This document shows positions 16,103 to 23,900 of a DNA stretch of 37,991 bases, piece after piece. Under the pieces are notes generated by a model. That model was not told where the DNA came from, ran no database searches, and worked only from the letters and a program-made list of their open reading frames with translations. Each line of letters opens with the position of its first letter. Within the stretch, counting starts at the first letter, position 1. The stretch comes from an uncultured Christensenellaceae bacterium (lineage in GTDB: Bacteria; Bacillota; Clostridia; Christensenellales; Christensenellaceae). The stretch lies in the NCBI GenBank assembly GCA_964371185.1, contig CAYJNC010000001.1, positions 1 through 37,991 on the forward strand, given 5' to 3'. The translations under genes and the position numbers were made by a program.

Positions 16103-17080
16103 GTGAAAGAAATAAATGCAAACGAATTGAACTTGATGATTAGCGTAATAAAAAAATATTACGAATTAGGTATGAATCAGGCGCAGATTGCAAAGGAAGA
16201 GTTTATTTCAAAATCTTCGGTTTGTAGGTTGCTTAAGAAGGCTGAGGAATACGGTTATGTAAAACATCAGATCAGTTACCCGGTAGAAACTTCCGGGATA
16301 TTGGAAAATGAGGTGTGCAGAGTATTCTCGCTTGAAAAAGCAATTATTTCACATGTGTATGCAGACAATGAAGAAGTGTTGTTAAACGACACCTGCACTT
16401 CGGTAGTTCATGATTTGTGTAAGATTGTTAAGGCAAAAGACATCATCGGAGTTGCGTGGGGGGTAACAATAGAACACCTTGTAAAAGCGATGAAAAAAAT
16501 GCCGAGAGTAAAAAAATGCGAAAAAGTTGTTTTGATTATTGGGTCTATTGCAGGAACAATAACATCTACGGTTTCGAGTAATATTGTAGAAGAAATATCG
16601 GACTACTTTTCGGCAAAAGGGTATTTATTGCCACTTCCGTTAATTGTAGACAGCGAATCTATCGCAAACACAATTAAAGAAGATTCGCATATTAAAGAAG
16701 TGTTAGACCTTGCAAGAGAATCGCAAATTGTGCTTTTGGGAATCGGAACTGTTGAAGGTGGCTCGGTGTTGCGTACACGCGGGGCGCTTAGTGAAGAAGA
16801 GCTAAAAAGTGTGATAGAAAAAGGTGCGGTTGCAAGCGTTGCCGGGCATTGTGTGGATATCGATGGCAAAGAAGTAAGTTCTGAATTGTCGTCGAGGATG
16901 ACAGGCCTAAGCATAGAAGAGATAAAGGCAAAACCGATAAGAATTGGTATTGCGGTAGGAAAGAGTAAGGCGAGAGCGATAATCGGTGCGCTTAACAGCG
17001 GGATAATCAACCGATTTTACAGCGATGAAAGTACGGTAAAAGAAGTTTTTAAAATATTAAAAAGTGAGGATAAACAATGA
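16103..17080 (+). CDS. SorC/DeoR-type sugar-binding transcriptional regulator (copy 2), embedded in the BMC operon
   Basis: 325 aa. GTG start 6 nt after AGGAGA. HTH YYELGMNQAQIAKEEFISKSSVCRLLKKA. Colinear with the regulator at 4633-5607. Confidence 0.85.
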   Translation: MKEINANELNLMISVIKKYYELGMNQAQIAKEEFISKSSVCRLLKKAEEYGYVKHQISYPVETSGILENEVCRVFSLEKAIISHVYADNEEVLLNDTCTSVVHDLCKIVKAKDIIGVAWGVTIEHLVKAMKKMPRVKKCEKVVLIIGSIAGTITSTVSSNIVEEISDYFSAKGYLLPLPLIVDSESIANTIKEDSHIKEVLDLARESQIVLLGIGTVEGGSVLRTRGALSEEELKSVIEKGAVASVAGHCVDIDGKEVSSELSSRMTGLSIEEIKAKPIRIGIAVGKSKARAIIGALNSGIINRFYSDESTVKEVFKILKSEDKQ

Positions 17081-18135
17081 AAGCAGTAAGAATGTATAAA
17101 CCGGGCGATTTAAGAGTAGAAGATGTTCCAAAACCTGTCCCGACGGATGATCAAGTTTTATTAAAAGTTATGGCGTGTGGTGTTTGCGGTTCAGACATAC
17201 CGCGTGTTAATGTGTATGGTGCTTATATTGCACCGTTAACGGTAGGCCACGAATTTTCGGCAAGAGTTGAAGAAGTTGGCAAAAACATTAAGAATTTTAA
17301 AGTAGGCGACAGGGTTACGGTTCCGCCGCTTATGCCTTGCTATAAATGTGAATGGTGCGAAAAAGGTATATATTCTTTGTGTAAAGATTATGACTATTTT
17401 GGTTCAAGAAGCGACGGTGCAATGGCAGAGTATGTTTGCTCTCCGGAGGCTAACTTGATGAAGTTGCCGGACAACGTAGACTACTTAGACGCAGCAACAA
17501 CAGATCCTTGTGCAAACGCAATCCACGGTTTAAACCAAGCTAAGTTGCAAGAAGGCGAAACAGTTGCGGTATACGGCGCAGGCCCTATTGGTTTGTTTGC
17601 TGTTCAATGCGCAAAAGCTTTCGGAGCAAAAACGGTTATTTCAATAGATTTAGGCGAAAAGAAATTAGACGTCGCTAAAGAATGCGGTGCAGACTATGTT
17701 ATAGATTCTTTAACTCAAAATGCGGTTGAAGAAATCAAAAAAATTACAGACGGTAAAATGGCAGATGTAGTTTTAGACATCACAGGTGCTCCGCCGGCGC
17801 AAATTAATGCGATTAATTCAACAGGTAAGATGGGTAGAATTGTGTTGGTTGGAATTTCACATAAAGGTTTGAGCTTAGGCGAAAAAGAAGTAGACACAAT
17901 TATGCGAAGCCAAATTTCATTAATTGGTTCTTGGAACTCGTTTACTAAACCTTTCCCGGGATACGACTGGACAGAATCTTTGAAATTGTTCTCGGAAGGC
18001 AAAATTACATCAAAACCTATGCTTAGCCACATGTTGACATTAGACGAAGCACCCGGCATATTTAAACAAATTGCAGACGGTGGATTGTTCTTTAATAAAA
18101 TTATGTTCTTACCACATGGCGATAAATTTGAATAA
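17077..18135 (+). CDS. Zn-dependent medium-chain alcohol/polyol(-phosphate) dehydrogenase (sorbitol/galactitol-1-P dehydrogenase-like)
   Basis: 352 aa. CGVCGSDIP and GHEFSARVEEVG catalytic-Zn motifs, structural-Zn CYKCEWCEKGIYSLC, GAGPIGL Rossmann motif. ATGA overlap with the regulator stop. Confidence 0.85.
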   Translation: MKAVRMYKPGDLRVEDVPKPVPTDDQVLLKVMACGVCGSDIPRVNVYGAYIAPLTVGHEFSARVEEVGKNIKNFKVGDRVTVPPLMPCYKCEWCEKGIYSLCKDYDYFGSRSDGAMAEYVCSPEANLMKLPDNVDYLDAATTDPCANAIHGLNQAKLQEGETVAVYGAGPIGLFAVQCAKAFGAKTVISIDLGEKKLDVAKECGADYVIDSLTQNAVEEIKKITDGKMADVVLDITGAPPAQINAINSTGKMGRIVLVGISHKGLSLGEKEVDTIMRSQISLIGSWNSFTKPFPGYDWTESLKLFSEGKITSKPMLSHMLTLDEAPGIFKQIADGGLFFNKIMFLPHGDKFE

Positions 18136-18166
18136 ACCGCAAGTGTGTATTTGAGGAGGAAATAAT

Positions 18167-18991
18167 ATGGATATAAATGCGATAATTAAACAGGTAACAG
18201 AAGAAGTTTGTGCAAAATACAGCACGCCGGCAACAACACAAAGCGGAGATTTATCTCCGGCTTCACTTGCAAAGTATATTGACCATACTTTATTAAAGGC
18301 TGATGCAAGTGTCGAAGGCGTGCGTAAGGTTTGTGACGAAGCTAAAAAATACAATTTTGCAAGCGTGTGTGTGAACCCTTCATACATTAAATTTGTTGCT
18401 GAATGCTTGGCAGGAAGCGGAGTTGCACCTTGTTGTGTAATAGGTTTCCCTTTAGGAGCTTGCACACCCGAGGCAAAGGCGAACGAAGCTGCCGATGCGG
18501 CAAGCAACGGTGCTAAAGAAGTTGACATGGTTGTCAATGTAGGCGCAATAAAATCTAACGACTGGATGCTTGTTAAAAGAGATGTTGAAGGCGTTGTTCA
18601 GGCAACAAAAGGCCGTGCTATAGTAAAAGTTATAATCGAAACTTGCTTGCTTACAGACGAAGAAAAAGTTAAGGCTTGCGCAATAAGCAAAATGGCGGGT
18701 GCTCACTTTGTTAAAACATCAACAGGTTTTTCTACAGGCGGAGCAACGGCAGAAGATGTTGCGTTGATGAGAGAAACGGTTGGACCGGAAATCGGTGTTA
18801 AAGCATCGGGCGGTGTTAAAACTTATGAAGACGCCGTTATGATGATAAAAGCAGGCGCAAACCGTTTGGGAACAAGTTCTGGTGCGGCTATAGTTTCGGG
18901 AGTTTCCGATTCTCACAGCTGTGTAAACTGTGGTGCTTGCAAGGGTAAATGCCCGACAGGTAGTGCAACAATAATTAAAAACAGCTATTAA
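18167..18991 (+). CDS. deoC: Deoxyribose-phosphate aldolase (DeoC paralog 2, canonical core) with an N-terminal targeting-like extension and a C-terminal Cys-motif extension
   Basis: 274 aa. [66 protein letters not shown]. The N-terminal 34 aa are [33 protein letters not shown]. The C-terminal tail is [28 protein letters not shown]. Confidence 0.9.
   Translation: MDINAIIKQVTEEVCAKYSTPATTQSGDLSPASLAKYIDHTLLKADASVEGVRKVCDEAKKYNFASVCVNPSYIKFVAECLAGSGVAPCCVIGFPLGACTPEAKANEAADAASNGAKEVDMVVNVGAIKSNDWMLVKRDVEGVVQATKGRAIVKVIIETCLLTDEEKVKACAISKMAGAHFVKTSTGFSTGGATAEDVALMRETVGPEIGVKASGGVKTYEDAVMMIKAGANRLGTSSGAAIVSGVSDSHSCVNCGACKGKCPTGSATIIKNSY
18920..18955 (+). other. Ferredoxin-type CxxCxxCxxxCP motif encoded at the 3' end of deoC paralog 2
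   Basis: TGT GTA AAC TGT GGT GCT TGC AAG GGT AAA TGC CCG = [12 protein letters not shown] (Cys252/255/258/262). Confidence 0.8.
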
Positions 18992-19081
18992 TAATATAAA
19001 AAAAACCGACGGCGGAGTAGTTGCACAATAGCTATTTCGTCGTTAGCTTTTTTAACGCTACTATAAATAAATGGAGAAAAA

Positions 19082-19825
19082 ATGAGAAAGCCAATTATTG
19101 CGGGAAACTGGAAAATGAATATGACACCCGGTGAAACATTTAAGTTGATTTCAGAAATTAAACCTTTGGTGCAGGGGGTGCAGGCGGAAGTGGTTGTTTG
19201 CCCCATGTCGGCATGTTTGTTTGCGGCAAAAGGTGCAATAGAAGGATCAAACATTAAATTGGGTGCGCAAAATGTGTATTTTGAAGAAAACGGGGCATAC
19301 ACAGGCGAAGTTAACGTTGCTACGTTAAAAGAACTGTCGGTAGAATACGTTATTATCGGCCATTCTGAAAGAAGACAGTATTTTAATGAAACAGATGAAA
19401 CTGTTTTGAAAAAGGTTAAAAAGTGCTTAGAATTTGGATTGAAGCCGATTATATGTGTGGGTGAGAGTTTAGAGCAAAAGGAACTCGGTATAACTAAGCA
19501 AGTTGTAGCATTGCAGACTATGTCTGCCTTGCATGGGTTACTTGCAAAAGACTTAGACAACATAGTAATTGCATACGAGCCTGTTTGGGCAATTGGTACC
19601 GGAAAAACGGCAACGGCACAAGATGCAAACCAAACAATTAGGGCGATAAGAAAAACGGTTGCACAGCTTTTTGATGAAAAAGCAAACGAGGTGCGTATAC
19701 AATATGGCGGAAGCATGAATCCGTCTAATGCAAGCGAATTGATGGCAATGAGCGATATAGACGGTGGGCTTATCGGTGGTGCGAGTTTGAAACCAAACGA
19801 TTTTGCAAAGATAGTTAATTATTAA
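19082..19825 (+). CDS. tpiA: Triosephosphate isomerase
   Basis: 247 aa. IIAGNWKMN, IIGHSERR, AYEPVWAIGTGKTA. GGAGA RBS upstream. Confidence 0.95.
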   Translation: MRKPIIAGNWKMNMTPGETFKLISEIKPLVQGVQAEVVVCPMSACLFAAKGAIEGSNIKLGAQNVYFEENGAYTGEVNVATLKELSVEYVIIGHSERRQYFNETDETVLKKVKKCLEFGLKPIICVGESLEQKELGITKQVVALQTMSALHGLLAKDLDNIVIAYEPVWAIGTGKTATAQDANQTIRAIRKTVAQLFDEKANEVRIQYGGSMNPSNASELMAMSDIDGGLIGGASLKPNDFAKIVNY

Positions 19826-19853
19826 TTTAGGTATGAAGAGTGAGGAGATAATT

Positions 19854-20462
19854 ATGAGCGGATTTAATATTAGTGATAATTTATTTGATTATGAAAAAGG
19901 TTTTACGATTGATTTTAATTTATTAAACGGAATGTCTTCCATGAAAAAAACATCAAAAAGATTTTTGAGCAAAGTAAAAGATGTTTTTTATGACGTTGAT
20001 GCGGCAGACGCAGACATTGCAAAAAACGGAGACAAACTTGTGTATGAATTTCACGAGATGGATGCCCCCGACCATATGGGAGATATCGCCTATGGCATGA
20101 GTATTGTGTACCCCGGAAAAGTGGGCAATGAATATTACATGACAAAAGGCCATTTTCATTCGGTGCTTGATACGGCAGAAGTTTATTATTGTTTAGAAGG
20201 ACATGGTTATATGATGCTTGAGAGTCCGGAGGGAGATTGGTCTTGTCATGAATTATTGCCGGGTAAAATGGTTTATTGTCCTCGTAGATATGCACATCGT
20301 TCGATAAACGTTTCGCCTAACGAACCGTTGCGTACATTCTTTGTGTTCAGGGGAGATGCAGGTCATGATTACGGCACAATCGAAGAAAAAGGATATCGTA
20401 ATCTGTTGGTTGAAGAAGATGGCGAACCGAAAATTATAGCTAACCCGAAATGGGGTAAGTAG
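19854..20462 (+). CDS. Cupin-type (archaeal-type) glucose-6-phosphate isomerase family protein
   Basis: TKGHFHSVLDTAEVYY matches the cupin-PGI TxGHxH-x6-ExY signature, and CPRRYAHRSIN matches the second PxxxxHRxxN signature. The ATG at 19854 has a GAGGAG RBS. The ORF-track start at 19833 lacks one. Confidence 0.8.
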   Translation: MSGFNISDNLFDYEKGFTIDFNLLNGMSSMKKTSKRFLSKVKDVFYDVDAADADIAKNGDKLVYEFHEMDAPDHMGDIAYGMSIVYPGKVGNEYYMTKGHFHSVLDTAEVYYCLEGHGYMMLESPEGDWSCHELLPGKMVYCPRRYAHRSINVSPNEPLRTFFVFRGDAGHDYGTIEEKGYRNLLVEEDGEPKIIANPKWGK

Positions 20463-20510
20463 GCAGAATTAGTTTAGCGAAATAAAAATATTTCTCCTAA
20501 TTAAATAACA

Positions 20511-20540
20511 AAAGCCACGATTATCATAATCGTGGCTTTT
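20511..20540 (+). terminator. Rho-independent terminator ending the BMC operon
   Basis: AAAGCCACGATT (20511-20522) pairs with AATCGTGGCTTT (20528-20539) across a 5-nt loop. The U-tract is only the TTT closing the stem plus one more T. Confidence 0.75.
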
Positions 20541-20717
20541 GAAGGTGTTGAGGTTATATTCTAAGGTCTTTTAAATTAAAAGGCGTAAGGCTTTGCCACC
20601 GGTTCTAAGTTATAATATTATGGTTGAAAAGATATAGAAAGTATGTGTTTACCTTTTTTTATTATATAGGTGATAACTCGCTTACTACCCATATACACTA
20701 TAATTCATATAAATTAA

Positions 20718-20762
20718 GAAATGCGATAGCATTTCTCGGGTCAAGGGCATAATATGCCCTTG
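20718..20762. repeat. Two adjacent perfect hairpins/palindromes in the intergenic region
   Basis: GAAATGC-gata-GCATTTC (20718-20735) and CAAGGGCATA-a-TATGCCCTTG (20742-20762). Confidence 0.8.
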
Positions 20763-20765
20763 CAG

Positions 20766-20831
20766 GTTTTAGGACAGAGTCCTAAGGTTTTAAAGTGGGT
20801 TTTAGGACAGAGTCCTAAGGTTTTAAAGTGG
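20766..20831. repeat. Perfect 33-bp tandem direct repeat (2 copies), each containing a TTAGGAC-aga-GTCCTAA hairpin
   Basis: GTTTTAGGACAGAGTCCTAAGGTTTTAAAGTGG at 20766-20798 and again at 20799-20831, read directly. Confidence 0.9.
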
Positions 20832-20874
20832 GCGAAGAAATCCGTTCTTCATTGTAATTAAATGTAAATACATC

Positions 20875-20903
20875 TTGTCTAAACTTGAATAATTGTGATA
20901 TAA
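20875..20903 (+). promoter_or_regulatory. Candidate promoter of the surface-protein gene
   Basis: TTGTCT (20875-20880), 17-nt spacer, TGaTATAAT extended -10 (20895-20903). GGAGAG RBS before the ATG at 20944. Confidence 0.45.
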
Positions 20904-20943
20904 TTTTTTATATATGTAATAATAGATATAGGAGAGTTTTATA

Positions 20944-23900
20944 ATGACGAGCAGCAAAAAAGTTTTGGCATTAATATTAATAATTTGTTTGATAGTAACT
21001 TTAGTACCGGCTACGGTTGGTTTTGCAGAAGGTGCAGAACCGGAAAAACCGGCGGACATTGTCGAGATTATTAGTGTAACACCGCTTGCAACGGAGATTG
21101 CAACGCAGAAAATTGTGGTGGATGATACAACTACAATACCGACATTGGCGGATAAAATTTCGGCAACGGTGAAAACAACCACACACACAACGCAAAACGA
21201 AGACGGTACATGGCAAACGACTTCTTCGGAAGAAACAGAAGAACTTGCGGTTACATATGCTTTGGCGGAGGGCTCAACATTTGCGACAACCGAGCCGGCA
21301 CAGTTTATCTATACCGCTACACTTGCGGATAATACGCTTACACTTGCACAAGGCGTAGCCTTGCCGCAAATTACTGTTGATGTGGTGGCAAAAGTTGCCG
21401 AACAACCGGGTGATCCCAAACAACCTGAACCCGAGCAAGCACCGCCGGCAGTAAAAACAATAACGGAAATAGCAGATCCTACCCCAATTGAAATAGAATT
21501 AAACCAAGAAATTACAGAGCAAGTGCTTTTGGCAACATTTCCTACTGAGTTAAGTGCAACGGTAGACGGAGTGCAAGAAGATGTAGCGGTCGTTGCATGG
21601 AAGTTTGTTTTCTCTTCAACAAATACCCCATTTGCGACAGCTGTTAAGGCGGAGTATTATTATGAGCCGACATTAGCGGAAGGTTACACCCTTTCGAGTG
21701 AAATTTTCAGCCCGTCACAAAAAGTGCAGGTAGGAGAAGCGCTTGTGCACAACCCCACACCGGCAAGCACGGGAGATTTTAGCGTAGTGGGTGGTACTAT
21801 TAACGATGATTATACATTTGGTGCAAACTCAGCGGGAATAGATGTGCTTACAATTAAATCGGATAAAGAGCTTATAATAAGCGGCACAACATTATCAGAT
21901 GTAATAGTAATAGAGGACGGTATTACTGCAAACATTACGTTAAACGATCTGAATATAGATGTAAATAATTCGGCCGATGTTTGTGCATTTGAAATAGCCG
22001 GTACGGCAACGGCAAACATAAAGTTGGTGGGCACAAATGCTTTAAAAAGCGGTATTAGAGAAGCCGGATTACAAGTGACATCGGGGGCGACACTTACAAT
22101 AGTGCAAGAGTCAACCGGAAGTTTAGAGGTATCCGGCGGAAATAGAGCGGCAGGCATTGGTGGCAGTGTAGGAAATAGCGGTGGAACAGTAAACATACAT
22201 GGTGGAAGTATTGTTGCGACAGGTGGAGCTAGCGGTGCAGGCATAGGCAGCGGGGCGTTTTTGTTGACTGATACCATAGAACGAACAGGTGGAAAGATAA
22301 CCATAACAGGCGGTGGTGTTGTTGCAAGCAATCTGGGTTACGCTGCGGGCATCGGTGGCGGAGCGTATTGTCAGGGTGCTGAGGTAATCATATCAGGCGG
22401 AGTTGTTTATGCAACCGATAAAGATGCAGATGGCATTGGTGGCGGGTTTTCAAGTAATGGTCAGAACGGAACTTTTTCAACGACGGGTAGTGCCGGAAAC
22501 ACCGGAAATGCATATATATTCGCCTCTTCTATTGGCGACAAGACGCATTTGGATAGTTGGTCGGGGATAATTTTTGAAGGGGATTTAGGAAAAGTATATG
22601 GCGATGTTACAGTAACAAATGTTTTTACCCTCCCAAGCGGAAAAACGTTAGAAGTGCCGACAGATGGGAAAATAACAGTACCGTCAGGCAAACAAATAAA
22701 CATTGAAGCCGGCGCAATAATGAACATTGCGACAACCGGCGGAGTAGAAAACAACGGTGAAATATTTAATTACGGTACAATAAACACGGCAGAAAAGATA
22801 ACCGGAAGTGGTGCAATTTACCCTATAGCCGGAAATGAAAACCCGGTTGTTAGTGTTGGGGCTACGGAGTATTATTTACGATTAGATGGAACGAACAAGC
22901 AGTTTTCTTATGACAATTCTAATTGGGAAAAATATACGGGAACAGTAACGATTAAGGGTAGCACGACGGAAAACCAAGTGACGATTTTTAGTGGTGAGCA
23001 TGATATTATATTTGATAATTTAAGTATGCTAATGAGCAATAGAAATACTAGTCCGTTTAGGATAGAGAACAGTGGGGTTGCGAATATCACGTTAAAGGGT
23101 GATAACAAGTTGTCGAGTTTTGGATATGCAGGAACTCTGGAGTTTACATATCCGGCTACATTGACAATAACAAAAGAATCTACCGGTAGCTTAGAGGCGG
23201 TTAGCAAAGGTACGGGTGCGGCTATTGGTGGTGATAATGAAGAAATTGGCGGCATTGTAAACATATATGGCGGCATAATAAAGGCCATAGCGGAAGAAAA
23301 CGGAGCCGGCATTGGTGGCGCTAATGGCAAGGAAGGTGGTATCGTAAACATTTATGGGGGTAGTGTAGAAGCAAGCAGTGTATTAGGAATGAGCATCGGT
23401 GCAGGGGAAAGTCGTTTTGATAATCCGGGCAGTATTAACTATATTAAACCTACGGGAAATGTGAACAGCATTCAAATTTTAGCGGGTGGTGATGCTGCAA
23501 ACACAACAGCATACAAGACGACCGATGAATATTATAAAAATAAATATGTAAAAATAGATATACAAGAAGTTGTTCCGACGGTAAATTTAGGGCAGGCGCT
23601 TATGTATAGCGGAGCGGAGCAAACTCAAACGGTTGCATCTGTTATGTTGGGGAGTGTAGCTCTTGACGCAAACACAGAATACACGCTAAGCAATAATAAG
23701 GCAACAAACGTGGGGGACTACGAATTAACAGCAAATGTAAATATCGATGGGTCAGGGAAGTATGATGATGTGCAAAAGGTTACATATTTAGGGGAAAGTA
23801 GTGTTACTCAAAAATTTAGCATAGCAAAAGCACAAATAAGCATAGCAAGCGCGGCTGCCAAAAACAAAACTTATGACGGTACAAGTGTGGCGGCTGTTGA

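Noticed and set aside
18992-19081. An internal terminator between deoC-2 and tpiA
   Set aside because: Only 5-bp stems are present (AGCTA/TAGCT with a following T-run, and CGACG/CGTCG). That is too weak to call. The gap is noted in a finding instead.
19833-19853. ORF-track start of the cupin PGI (MKSEEII)
   Set aside because: The GAGGAG Shine-Dalgarno lies inside this extension and is correctly spaced for the ATG at 19854.
8938-20462. Classifying the BMC locus as PDU, EUT or a glycyl-radical (GRM) metabolosome because of the PduL/PduS/PduT/PduA-like genes
   Set aside because: There are no B12 diol dehydratase subunits, reactivase, ethanolamine ammonia-lyase, glycyl-radical enzyme or activase, or cobalamin adenosyltransferase. 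Pdu-like names here reflect shared core and shell families only.
20766-20831. The 33-bp perfect repeats as a possible CRISPR array
   Set aside because: There are only two copies, they are directly adjacent with no spacers, and no cas genes lie in the window. This is a tandem duplication, not a CRISPR.
20541-20943. A c-di-GMP (GEMM) or other riboswitch upstream of the adhesin gene
   Set aside because: GGCGTAAGGCTTTGCCACCGG at about 20581-20601 loosely recalls the ACGCAAAGC core. The GGCAAACC/GNRA-tetraloop half is absent, several core positions mismatch, and most hairpins lie upstream of the predicted promoter. A covariance-model scan would be needed before making any claim.
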